Below are positions 1 to 12,258 of a DNA stretch of 64,000 nucleotides, in pieces. Positions within the stretch are counted from its first letter, which is position 1. Each line of letters starts with the position of its first letter. Position numbers and translations under genes: made by a program. Origin of the DNA: Eledone cirrhosa (taxonomy: Eukaryota); assembly GCA_964016885.1 (NCBI GenBank), contig OZ024741.1, positions 305,970,001-306,034,000 on the forward strand, written 5' to 3'. Under the pieces are notes generated by a model. It was not told where the DNA came from, did no database searches, and worked only from the letters and a program-made list of their open reading frames with translations.

Positions 1-520
1 CATGAGCCAAATCACTTAACCACTAAGCCAGGTACTTTCACATATATATATATATATATAATCATTATCTTGCTCAGGTTTGATGGTCTTAGATGTCATT
101 AAGCTACTGAAATGACACTAAAATCAGATCTTCATCTCAGATAACCTGTCACATGGACATATTCTGCTGTGGTTCCCATTATGGCCCAGCACTCAATAAA
201 ATCAGTTACAGAGCAAAACTAAACATTCTTATTACTAAGATAGTTCAGATAACAGATGTGTATTTCTATCACCATATAATAGTCAGTAATAAAGAAAAGG
301 AAGATGAATAAAAGAAAAATTAGAAAGAGAGACAGTGAAAGAAGAGTTGAATAGGTGTGAAATTAACACTATTAACTCTTTCATGACCATATTTCTAATG
401 AAAGGTGTATCCAGATTGTATAACTAGCTTCCCATTCAAGGGAAGTAAATCCCTAATCTGGGATGCCACATGCTGTAATTCGTTCTCTGCCTTTAACCTT
501 GTTGCTTTGGCAGCAAACCT

Positions 521-703
521 GGGCAAGGCCAGCAATTTGGGGGAAAGTTGATGATATCGACCCCAGTACTTTACAGATATTTTATTGATCCCAGAAGGAT
601 GAAAGACAAAGTTGACCTTGGCAGGATTTGAACTCAGAATGTAAAGAGTCAGAACAAATACTGCTAGGCATTTATCTGATGCTCAAAAGACTCAGCCAAT
701 TCC
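521..703 (-). mobile_element. tRNA-derived SINE, family A (degenerate)
   Basis: Minus strand has a B-box-like GAGTTCAAATCC and the core TTTCATCCTT...ATCAATAAAAT..AGTACTGGGGTCGAT shared with at least 6 other copies in the window. Confidence 0.75.
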
Positions 704-1166
704 TCAACCTTACAAGGATAATAATGACAACAATGACAGCTATGATGATGATGATGATGGCGATGCCAATGATGACAAACATGAATGTGATAATGATGAT
801 AATTATACTGATGTCAATGATGATGACAACACTGGTTATATCAATAATGTGGTGGTGGTGGTGGTGGTGGTAGGTGATGATGATAATGGTGATAACGGTG
901 CTGGTGATGTTCTGGATGAGATAAATAATTAATAGAGACGTTATTGATTCAAGAGAACAAAAGGCAGTTTTTCAGTAAGTTGTATAGCAAAGTAGAGTGG
1001 ATTGCAACATGATGTGACAAGACATATCTTGACGGATGAATGGAGAAGAAGAAACAAATATTTGAGAATCTATATTGGTGTATTTAAAGAAAAGACTTTA
1101 ACTCATTTTATTTACAGGCCACACAAGAGTAGTTTTATGTGAGCATGTGTGTGCATATATATATAC

Positions 1167-1197
<31 letters not shown>

Positions 1198-1294
1198 CAT
1201 ATATATATATATATATATTAATAAAAGGAATTCCTTTTATTAATATAACCTTCTATACACAATCATACACACCCGTGTATATTTATATATATAT

Positions 1295-4200
1295 ATCATC
1301 ATCATCATCATCACCGTTTTACGTCCGTTCTTCCACGCTAGCATGGGTTAGATGGGTTGTCCTGTTGTGGGCAGTGTCTGGTCGGCTGACCATGCCTTGC
1401 TCATACAGGAACTGATTTGGCTTGATTTCTACAGCTGGATGCCCTTCCTAACACCAACCTCATTTACAGTGAGTGGTGGGTGCTTTTTCCGTGGCGCCTA
1501 CACGTCCACTTTACAGTGTGGGCTGGGTGCTTTTTTTGCCGTGGCACCTCCACGACCACCTTGTGGTGGGGGGTGTGGGGGCATATTGTCTATATGCTTC
1601 AGCTTGTACCCATGGGAGGTCGGGTACTCTGTATTACTGCGTGACGCCAGAAGTCACGGTCGTGTGTCATTGCCTTTGAGAGGTTTAATTGGGTAAGGTC
1701 GGCTTTTATCACGTCATCCCAGGTCATCTTGGGTCTCCCCACTCCGCGGTTTCCATCAACTTCTAGTGCTCTGCACCTTTTTATGCAGCTGTCATCCTTC
1801 ATACGCATCACATGTCCATACCAGCGCAACCGCCTCTCCTGCACACAGCATTTGATTCCTCTTATGCTCAGTCTCTCTCTCAATTCATTTATGCTTTGTC
1901 GTTCAGGTATATTACTGTTACACATCCATCGGAGCATGCAGGCTTCATTTCTCTCTAATCTACGTAAGTCTTCCACCTTCAGTACCCAGGTCTCACTACC
2001 ATGCAACATTGCTGTTCGGATACACGCATCATACAGTCTGCCTTTCATTCTGAGGGAGAAGCCTTTTGCAGCTAGCAGTGGTAGTAGTTTCCTAAACTTC
2101 TTCCATCCCGTTCTTACCCCAGTTATTGTACTTTCTGAACACCCACCTCCGCTGCTAATTCGGTCACCTAGGTAGCAGAAGCTGTCTACTGTTTCTACAG
2201 AGCCCTTCCAGAGATTGGTGGTACTTGTTTCCTGTGGCTGTTTGCTGCTTGCTGTCTCAGCACAGCTGCTGCATGTGAAGCCTACATTCTTAATTAAGCT
2301 TCCTGAGATCCCGCTACATCTCTTGTGTACCCATTGTTTGCATTTGGAGCAGAGAATGGAGTTCCTACCTACACCTTTCCTACATACTGAGCAAGGCCAT
2401 TTCCCTGAGGGGATCTGGGTTCTGTTTTCTCGTTTACTTACAAGAACCTTAGTCTTTGTCATGTTCACTGTGAAACCCTTTCTTTCTAGTCCCTGCTTCC
2501 AAGTTTGGAATTTCTTCTCTAGTTCCACCATAGATTCAGCTATAAGTGTGAGATCATCCACATATAGTAGTTCCCATTGGCATCTGGTCTTAAACTTCTC
2601 TGTTATTGCCTGCAGGACTATGATGAACAGGAGGGGGCTAAGAACAGAGCCCTGGTGGACCCCAACCTGTATGCTAAATTCCTCGCTATACTCATTGCTA
2701 ATCCTAACTTTGCTGACTGCTCCCCTATACATGGCTTGTACCGCTTTCACAAGCTATTCATCTACTCCTAGTTTTCTAAGAGCCCACCAGATTACAGCAC
2801 GTGGAACTCTGTCAAAGGCTTTCTCAAGGTCGACAAATGCCAAGTAGAGTGGCTTACTTTTAGCTAGATACTTTTCCTGTAATTGCCTCACAAGGAAGAG
2901 GGCATCAGTGGTGCCTCTTCCTGGTACAAACCCAAATTGCATCTCATCTATTTCCACCCGGTCCCTAATCAACTGTGCTATAACTCTTTCTGTTACTCTC
3001 ATGACCTGGTCCATCAACTTTATACCTCTATAGTTTCCTCTATCTAGTGCATCGCCTTTACCTTTGTAGCAGTTGACAATGATGCTACTGCACCAATCTT
3101 TTGGTATGACACCTTCTAGTATTACCTGGTTAACAATACGTGTGGTTATAGTGTGACCTACAGACCCAGATGCCTTTAGCATCTCGGCAGCTATACCCGA
3201 TGGACCGGTTGCCTTCCCCATCTTCATATCTTTGATTGCCTTACTTACTACGTTGCTGCTGACTTGTACTGCTGGCCCCTCTATAGGGTCTACTTGGGGT
3301 AGGGTCTCTTCTTCCCATGCATTCTCCTCATTTAGTAATCTATCATAATGACTCTTCCATGCATCTTTCTTCTCAGCACTTGTGAGGGCAAGCTCACCTT
3401 TATCATTCCGGATACACTTCTCTCCAATGACATCACAACTATCTCTGATACACTGCCTCGCAATCTTGAATACCTCCTGTTTCTGGTCCTCATGTTGCAA
3501 AACATGCTTGAATTTTCTATCCTCTGCTTCCCTCCTAGCTAAGTATACTTGTCGTCTAGCTTCCCTCTTGGTCTCTATGTAATGTACCCTGCTCCCCCCG
3601 TTCTTCCATTCTTTCCATGCCTGTCTCTTGGCCTTAACTGCTTCATCTACCTTATTGTTCCACCACCAAGTCACTCTCCTCCTGCTTGAGGTCTTACTCC
3701 AGCCACAGACCTCATCCATCGCCTCTAGTAAATTATTTTTTAGGAACTCCCAGTTCTCTTCCACATTAAATGTCTCTATCTGTTCTTCTTTACTGTCGTA
3801 GGCGTTGAGTAAAATATCTTTAAATCTGTTACTGGTTGAGGGGTCTTTCAGCTTCCAGATCTTTCTTCTCCAGGTTGGCCTCTGTTTCCAGGTTCGTCTA
3901 GTTCTGACCGTGAGGTCGCTGACAACTAAGCTATGTTGGGATGTACATTCCTCACTAGGGAAGGCTTTTGTGTTTACACCAGTCCATCTGTCACGTCCTC
4001 TGATGAGGATAAAATCTATCTGACTGGAGTGCTCCCCTGATCTATAGGTGATCAGGTGGTTGTCGGGTTTTTTAAAGTTTGTGTTACATATCGACATGTC
4101 ATTGGTATCGCAGAATTCCAGAAGTCTGAATCCTTCCTCATTTCTTGTGCCAACCCCATGACCTCCATGTACTCTATTGAAGCCGTCGCAGTGTTTACCT

Positions 4201-5183
4201 ACGTGTCCGTTAAAATCTCCTGCGATGATTAGGAAGTCATTGTCGTCTGTTAGAGCAGTAGTGTGCATTAGGGACTCGTAAAACCTATCCTTAAGTTTGT
4301 CTGGCAGCCCCGACTGGGGTGCGTAAGCTGATATTATTGTGGTAATTGTTTTATTCAGGACTAGTCTGAGATTAATGATTCTTGCATTTACCCTGTACAC
4401 TGAGATTACTTTATCTACCCACTTGTCAGCTAGTAGTATACCTACACCACCCATCCCATCGTCATTTCCCACCCAGAAAAATTTGTAGCACCGACTTTTT
4501 CCTACCAGGACTCTGGCAGACTCTCCTCTCCATCTAGTCTCTTGCACACAGCATACATCAATTTCCTTTCGCTCTAGCATTTCTACGATTTCTCCTGCTC
4601 TTCCTTTCATTGAGCCTACATTGATGGTACCAACTTGGAGTTTTGGGCATTTGTCGACACTCGTAGGGAAGGGTCTCTGGGTTGGCGCTTCACATGGGTG
4701 CTTGGTAGCTCGCAGATTCATATTTCATCTATTGATTCAGAGTTGCTCAAATTTATTCTCAGCTCATCCATCCATAACGGTGGGAAAATTGAGGGCTAGA
4801 AGAACAGTGGTGGTGGGATAATGGCATGGTGTGTTGGGAGGAGAGAGTTAGTTAGGTAGTAATAGTAATAGTAGCAGTAGCAGCAGTAGAAATGGCATGC
4901 TGAGGTTTGATTGGTCGAATAGGCTATGGTGGTGTGAGGGGTGGGTGGGAGGTAGGCACTGAGGGTCGCCGTCAAGGCTAACAAACTTAAGTAACCGATA
5001 GATTAGAATACCGCGTGGTAAATATCCGAAATAATACAGCAAAAACAGCAATAATATTAATAATAATAGCGTCATAAGAGCTAAGATACCTTCGAAAATT
5101 TGTATGGATGGGTGGCTGGAACGAATCCAAATCAACTCTAGTGATACATTTTAGCAGATAAGGAGAAAGTGTCTTATCTCTTC
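1295..5183 (-). mobile_element. Near full-length RTE-clade LINE (subfamily 1)
   Basis: About 460 bp of 5' leader, one APE+RT coding region, and a 3' UTR ending CCCATGCTAGCGTGG...AAACGG(TGA)n. (TA)n lies on both sides. Confidence 0.93.
1599..4721 (-). pseudogene. RTE ORF (~1040 aa): APE endonuclease + reverse transcriptase + internal PHD finger; one nonsense mutation
   Basis: APE motifs TINVGSM, CVQETRW, SAYAPQ, GDFNGHVG, SQIDFI, SQH. RT motifs QFGF, AFVDLEKAFD, GVHQGSVLSP, YVDD. The ORFs 2754-4721 and 1599-2750 are in the same frame, split by TAG at 2754-2756; the paralogue at 47140 has W there (GVDEWLV). Confidence 0.95.
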
Positions 5184-5189
5184 AATATA

Positions 5190-5420
5190 TATATATGCAA
5201 AATGGGGATATTTAAAGGATGGGGATGTTGTGTGTGACTGCAGCATCAACACGCAGACTAAGCAACACCTCCTGATATGCCCCCTGCTGGAACAGCCCTG
5301 TACAGCATTGGACATGGCAAAGTTTAATGAGAAAGGACAGTAATGTGTTCAGCTGTGGCAGAACCACATCTAGTCAAGATTTTTAACTGACACTCTTGTG
5401 GACACAACAATAAGAAGAAC
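5190..5420 (+). mobile_element. 3' fragment of an Ingi/Vingi-like LINE
   Basis: Hand translation KWGYLKDGDVVCDCSINTQTKQHLLICPLLEQPCTALDM gives a C-terminal CxC...H...C zinc motif. The 3' end GGACACAACAATAAGAAGAA resembles Vingi termini. Confidence 0.6.
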
Positions 5421-5619
5421 ATTGTGGCACAAACAGCAATGAGATCACCTTGTCCTTTGCAAAGCTAAAGAATATTTTATATCAACACTATTTTCCTGTG
5501 GTGAAGGAAGGTTTGATTTGACAATTTTCTATGACTGTGTATTTCTACTAAATTGCCATTTGTAATTTGTTCACATTTTGAAATGATCACACCAAGTGTA
5601 GTAGGAATAATGGTAACAA

Positions 5620-5822
5620 TGGATTATGATGACAGTAATGATGGTGATGATTGGAGGAGTAAGTATGATAATGATAATGATGATAATTATGATGGAGATG
5701 CAGATTATGATGATGATGATGACGACAATGATGTTCATGATGTTCATGATGATGATGATGATGATGATCTTCATGATGATGAAGATGTTCATGATGATAA
5801 TGATGATGACAATGATGAAGAC
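5620..5822. repeat. (GAT)n-rich microsatellite
   Basis: Direct inspection. Similar tracts lie at 720-900 and 9835-9940. Confidence 0.9.
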
Positions 5823-5919
5823 AAAACTGGTTATATCAATATTTGAAGTTTGTCCCAGTTGTCTCCATTCTTTCAAGCTAAATGGGAACTGCAAATGAGA
5901 ATAGGAGAGTAGTGATTAA

Positions 5920-6127
5920 TCCTTTAACGTTTACATTACTCTATATATACTATTGTATTTTCATAGTAAAGGTTTTATCTTACATAATATTGAATCTATA
6001 AGATTTTGATATTATTTATTTCGAGAACAATACCTTAATGTCAGTATGAGGGGCCAGTTATGGCCGGTTTGAACAGACAGAGGTGAGAGAATTCTGGCCA
6101 CATATGATTGGTTTAAATGCTAAAGGG
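5920..6127. mobile_element. piggyBac-like MITE (~208 bp)
   Basis: TTAA on both sides; TIRs (T/C)CCTTTA(A/G)C(G/A)TTTA ... TAAATGCTAAAGGG. A second copy lies at 39932-40140. Confidence 0.75.
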
Positions 6128-6654
6128 TTAAGATGGAGAAAGAGATGCATGATTATCAGTGTTACTGAAGAAACAGAGTGATGGGATATGGTTAAATAGA
6201 CAACAGCTTGACTGATAGGAAGAGATAGCAGTAAGATAAGATGTGTTAGTAATGCAGAGTGAGCAATGTATAGAAATAGCAATGAATTATAGAGAGAGTT
6301 AGAGATGTTAACCAAAAGCTGCATAGTGAAGAGAGAATGATAGTTAGTGGTAGATGGTTAAATAGAAAGGACAGAGAGAGAGAGACAGAGACAGCATGTA
6401 AGATATGTTTATTTATAAAAGATATGTTTATTTATAATAAACATACACGAGTATCATTAAGAGTGTTTTAAGCTCTGAGCATATCCCAGCTGTCTCAGTA
6501 GCCATGTGAGAACACTATGTTAGTGTTACTGCTACTTAATCTTTGTTAGTCATGCTTGCACTATATGAAAATCTGTATTCCAAGCCAATGTTTCATGCTC
6601 AAAAAATGATATAAGCTATAGCTTATTCTTGTCTCTCTACCAAGTGAGTACGAT

Positions 6655-6934
6655 ATGATCACAGCTTAAAACATTCATAGTGAGACTCATGTATGTTTAT
6701 TATACATAAGCATATCATAGTCGACATGATCACAGCTTAAAACATTCATAGTGAGACTCATGTATGTTTATTATACATAAGCATATCATAGCCAAACATG
6801 ATCACAGCTTAAAACATTCATAGTGAGACTCATGTATGTTTATTATACATAAGCATATCATAGCCAAACATGATCACAGCTTAAAACATTCATAGTGAGA
6901 CTCATGTATGTTTATTATACATAAGCATATCATA
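6655..6934. repeat. 71-72 bp tandem repeat x4
   Basis: The unit ATGATCACAGCTTAAAACATTCATAGTGAGACTCATGTATG... starts at 6655, 6726, 6798 and 6870, and the copies are near identical. Confidence 0.95.
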
Positions 6935-7384
6935 TATGCCTTCATATACACCTCGATTATATAAATGTATATATATGTGTATATATATATCATCATCATC
7001 ATCATCATCTTCGTTTAACATCCGTTTTCCACGCTAATATCTATATATATCAAATTTAAAATACGAGGAAATAATAGACAAAAATATACCTATTTTTTCT
7101 TCAAAGTCCCGACTGCAGTTTCGCCGAATCCATTTGCAGCAATATGCACTTTAGAAGTGCATCATCACTGTGAGGTTGATAAGGCTTATCAAGAGACCCC
7201 TCAAAAAGGACTGTTTTTTGACGCGTTCGTAACAAGTGAGAAATTCTCGAGAGGCGAAAGGAGAAATTAATATGTGATACAGTGGTCACAGAAGGTGGAC
7301 AATAAACGAGTACCGTATTTGCTAGAAAAAGCAGTTAGCACATGCCTGATTAACTCGACCATAGGGGAGTTTAGGACAATATAA

Positions 7385-7782
7385 TAATTGTTTCTACTTT
7401 TGGCACAAGGCCAGCAATTATCCAGTGTATTACTGGTACTTTATTTTATCAACCCCGTAAGGATGAAAGGCAAAGTTAACCTCAATAATGATATACACAC
7501 ACATATTCATATGTATATGTGTGTGATGTCCACCTTAACAAGTTTTGCTTGATGTCCAAAAGAGTTAAAATAATAGTTTCTTATATAGGCACAAGGCCAG
7601 CAATTTTGAGGGAGGGGAATGTCGATTAAATCAACCCCAGTGCGTGACTGGTACTTTATTTTATCAACCCCATAAGGATGAAAGGCAAAATTAACCTCGG
7701 CGGGATTTGAACTCAGATCATAAAGGGCCGTAACTCTTTGCTGAAAAGCATGGTGTTTGACCCTCTACCGATACTGCCAATC
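7385..7782 (-). mobile_element. Two SINE family A copies (7385-7485 partial; 7572-7782)
   Basis: A-box-like TGGCAGTATCGG, B-box GAGTTCAAATCCC and the conserved TTTGCCTTTCATCCTT core on the minus strand. Confidence 0.8.
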
Positions 7783-7966
7783 CACAAAATAATCAAAAGA
7801 ATTAAAATAACTCAATAAATCAGAGCTATTTAACAAATTAAAAATACGAGGAAATAATAAACAAAAATATACCTATTTTTTCTTCAAAGTCCTGACTGCA
7901 GTTTCGCTGAATCTGTTTGCAGCAATATGCACTTTAGACTTTAGAAGTGCCATATATATATACATA

Positions 7967-8855
7967 CAGGGTGCAGATGATATTTGTTCGCAATTTTCAA
8001 CTGCTAATTTTATGCAAATTTTTTTTACTTCCGTTGTTACTCTTGTCTTCATAAAAACAGTGACTATGTTTCCATTATTTATTTTCAGAATAATTGATTA
8101 TGAATAATTTTGAACCTCCAAATTTGTGGAAGAGACACAAAGTTCTTCTTGGAATCCATGCCGGGAGGACAAATAAAACCAGAAGATCAACTCCCAGAAC
8201 AACAGGTGGCTCGCTGTCTCATCCAAAGAGATGCCCAGAGTCATGCAGACAAAATTACCAGCGACAACATTCATCTTAGGTGTCGTCAGCAGTCAAGGTG
8301 ACGTTATGCCACCTCACTTCTTCCCTGAGGGCCTCAAGCTGAACACCGATGGCTACATCCGCGTTCTGAGCGAGGTAGTAAAGCCCTGGATCGACCAGGT
8401 AGCTGCAGGTAGGCCGTACATGTGGCAGCAAGACTCAGCGCCCTGCCATACCAACCGAAAGACCCAAGCCTGGCTGTCAGAGAACTTCGTCGACCACACT
8501 TCACCTGACATCTGACCTCCCAGCTCGCCTGACTGCAACCCCCTCGACTTCTTTGTGTGGGGCGCAGTAGAATGAGACACCAACAGATCTAGCTGAAATA
8601 CGAAAGACGATCTGAAGGCCAGGATCACAAGTGCCTTTAGGGGCCTAAGTCGGGGGGCAGTGACGAAGGCCTGTAGCCGGTTCCGAGGCCGCCTTGAGGC
8701 CATCATCAAAGCCAATGGCCGGTTTATCGAGTGAGATCGAAAGAACAAGTCATGAAGACAAACTGACCCAAGTTTGATAAATAAATCTTAAAAAATAAAA
8801 CTACTGTGTTATTTTTTCCTAGACAGTTATCTTGCAGACAAATATCGTCCGTACC

Positions 8856-8858
<3 letters not shown>
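7967..8858 (+). mobile_element. Internally deleted Tc1/mariner element, DD37D (maT) family
   Basis: TA TSDs; imperfect 27-bp TIRs CAGGGT(G/A)C(A/G)GA(T/C)GATATTTGT. The transposase relic QQDSAPCH...(W>stop)PPSSPDCNPLD has 37 residues between the last two Asp, and several stops. Confidence 0.9.
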
Positions 8859-8891
<33 letters not shown>

Positions 8892-9019
8892 ATAATAATA
8901 AATTTGAAGACTAAAATCCAAAGAGGGCTCGGTAAGGATAAATATATATCAAATATATAAGAACCATAGAGCAAATATTTATTAAAATAACAGATTAAAG
9001 TTTAATAAATATATATATA

Positions 9020-9200
9020 TATAGCTATGTAATAAACAACATAAGATAATTATTTCATTTACCAAAGGTTTCATGGAGACAGACAAGCCTGACACAGACG
9101 TCTGAATCGCTCGTCAGAATCTGACGTGTCAGGCTCGTCTGTCTTCGTGAAACCTTTGGTTAATGAAATAATTATCTTATGTTGTTTATTACATAACTAT
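9020..9200 (-). repeat. Fold-back palindrome (~75-bp arms) containing a hammerhead motif; Penelope pLTR relic
   Basis: Arms 9020-9095 and 9125-9200 are reverse complements. Minus strand 9057-9120 reads att-CTGACGA-long stem II-GAAA-CCTTTGG-TA-aat. Confidence 0.75.
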
Positions 9201-9252
9201 AAAGCTCTGTAGTCTACATAGAGCACTCTCTTTTCCTTTACTATGGAAACAC

Positions 9253-9304
<52 letters not shown>

Positions 9305-10440
9305 TACACACTATAAATGTGGTAGGCGTTAGGAAAGGCATTCAGCTCACCTGTAAACAGTTTTGTATGAGCAAGACATGGTCATCTGATCTGGCTTCTC
9401 TCCCTCCTCCCCTTCTCTCTCTCTTTCTGTCTTTTCTATGTCACCATCTGCCACTAACCATCATTCTCTCCTCACTATGCAGCTTTTGGTGATGATGATG
9501 ATATATACATATCAAGAATGGAATGTACTGGGAAAACTGCTACAATCTGAATAGTAAAGATAATGGTGGAACTAGAATAGTGTAAAATAAGAATGACAAA
9601 ACAAAACAATAGTTTTTACTTTATATTTCATAATATTTCAATATTAGAACTTCTTTATCAAATGAAGAACAAAGAAATATCAGAGCGTCTGGTTCCTTGG
9701 AGCTACTCTTTGTTGTGTGTCTGGTCATTGGTGGAAATGAAACACACTGTTAGTCACAATAGTTTATTGGCTGCATTTAGCTAAGATCTCAGCTACATAA
9801 CCCATTCAATAACCAAAAAGCAGACGCAAAAAGGGTGATGGTGATGATGATGATGATGATGATGATGGTGGTGGTTGTGGTTGTGGTGGTGGTGGCAATG
9901 ATGATGATGATGGTGATGATGATGATGATGATGATGATGATATATCTTCTAGTTATTTGTGGAGTCATCTAAGTTGATTGGAGGATTGAACCAGCTTTAA
10001 AACCTTCATAACACTTGGGGCAGGTGATCTTTCATATTTACTAACTTCTCACTAAAGCCAGCTGTTAAAATGTTTTGGGAAACAGGTCAAACTGAGAATT
10101 ATTCAGCACATCAAATCTATATGTGTATTAATATATTGATGCCTTCACAGCTCCATCTTCAGAGTCCAAATAGTCATATTAATGTTGTATTGGTTATGTA
10201 TTTAGCAGGGGTTGTAAAGAATCATGGGAATGGTAGGAAATCTTGGACACTTGATTACACATTTCTCAATTGTTGAAACAGCAGTTATTATATTTAGTTT
10301 CATGTATGTTGTATCTATCTGTTAATTTTTGGTATATATTCTTATATAAGATGGCGCTATGATGCCCTTGAAATGTTAATACTTAGATGAATTTAAGAAT
10401 GCTATTGTTCCAAACTAAGCATGAAGAACTAATAAGGAAA

Positions 10441-10825
10441 TACTCTCGGATCCCAAATAACAGGGGTGGGGTGCTGGAATAAGTGGGGGGTGGAATAAGC
10501 ATGGAAGTTGAAATAAGCAGAGTGGGAAGGGAGAGAGAATAAGTGGGGGAATTGGTAAATCGGTAATTTTTCTAGGTAGTCGTTTAGTTTACATATTGAG
10601 ATCCCAACCCATCCTATTTATTTTATAAAGTATGAGATTTCTTGTAATGTATTTTTTTTGTCATGCATAATGTTTTTTAATGTATGAAGAAAATTGCCAT
10701 GGAAATGCTACCACTTAAAATAAAATTTTTTCAGAGATAGATTAGCAAAATTTAATAAGCATGGGGTGGAAAGAAATCTGAAAAATTAATAAGCAGTGAG
10801 GAAGATTATTCGAGACCTGAAAGTA
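10441..10825. mobile_element. MITE with imperfect ~20-bp TIRs
   Basis: TACTCTCGGATCCCAAATAA matches the reverse complement of TTATTCGAGACCTGAAAGTA. TA termini, non-coding interior. Confidence 0.6.
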
Positions 10826-11370
10826 TGAAAAGTGATAGCTAGAACCATCTGGAACTCACTAAGGAAAACAAAATTAACAAAAAATGAGGAGGAATATGTT
10901 GAGATAGATGGCATTAAGGAATACTGCTGGAACCTGAACATATAAACTGTCACCAAATTAAAGCACAACCGGCCTGATATTGTTGTTTGGGACTACACAT
11001 TGAAAACGTGCTCTGTTGTAGAGACCTGCTGCCCACTTGTTGTCAACGTTGTAAGAAAAATACAGGAGAAGGAGGACATCTATGGACCATTGATGAGGAG
11101 TTTGCAGATCCAATATCCAAGATGCACCTTCAGCTTCATACCCATCATTATTGAACCTACAGGTTATATACCAACCCGTTTGGACCAAAGTATAACTGAA
11201 CTTAGATTTGTGGACAAAGAGCGCAGCTCCCTAATTCATAGATTACAAATGGCCGCGATGTCTGGCACCTTTAAAATTTGCAAAACATTCTTGCGATTCA
11301 AGGGGTGACAATTTCTTTTCCTTTAGAACCTTGCCACCGGGAAGGTGGCTAGTTAAAATGAAGAGAGAGA
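10826..11370 (+). mobile_element. 3' fragment of an RLE-type (R4/NeSL-like) non-LTR retrotransposon
   Basis: WNLNI..TKLKHNRPDIVVWD...CSVVE...K..EK..Y is a restriction-like endonuclease motif. It is followed by a (TACA)n-derived array (11372-11677). Confidence 0.8.
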
Positions 11371-12199
11371 GAACATACATTCATATATACATACAAACAT
11401 ATATACATACATTCATACATATATACATACAAACATATATACATACATTCATACATATATACATACAAACATATATACATACATTCATACATATATACAT
11501 ACAAACATATATACATACATTCATACATATATACATACAAACATATATACATACATTCATACATACATATGTATATACATATATACATACAAACATACAT
11601 ACATACGTATATACATATATACATACAAACATACATACATACGTATATACATATATACATACAAACATACATACATATTTAAACAAAAGTAAACAAGAGC
11701 ATAATGAAGAAGAGAATCAAGGAGAAAAACAACAACAAAAGTGATATAACGAGTCATTGATCAGTTTGAATTGGTTGCTACACAACAACAAACAACAACA
11801 AACAATAACAAACAATAACAAACAACAACAGCAACAACAACAACTAACATATTGAAGTCACAATATCTTAATTATTATAATTGCTAACAGTTCTTCTTTG
11901 GATGGCTGCAGTGGTGGTGGGGTCTTTCTGTTTTGATTCTTTCTGTTTTCTTCTTTCCTTTCCTTCTGTTTTCTTTCTTTCCTTCTTTTCTTTCTTTTTT
12001 CTTTCAATCCTTTCCTTCTTTCTTTTTTCTTTCTATCCTTTCCTTCTTTCTTTCTTTCCTTCTTTCTTTCGTTTTCTTTCTTTATATATTCTTTCTTTCT
12101 CTTTGTTTTTATTTTATTTTTGTCTTTTTATTGCAAACAATAAATGTCTTACATTTGGGCTACTCAAGACCACCAATTGTTATTGTTCTTGTTGCGATG

Positions 12200-12226
12200 T
12201 TGTTATTGGTGGTGGTGTTGTTGTTG

Positions 12227-12258
<32 letters not shown>

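Noticed and set aside
6655-6934. Regularly spaced repeats as a CRISPR array (also 45328-45493)
   Set aside because: The units are head-to-tail with no unique spacers, there are no cas genes, and the context is eukaryotic.
7052-7260. Possible hammerhead on the minus strand (GAAA-CTGCAG-TC; duplicated at 7832-7950), and similar motifs at 27280-27350 and 27440-27500
   Set aside because: The stem III half is present but the CTGANGA core is missing or mutated, too degenerate to call.
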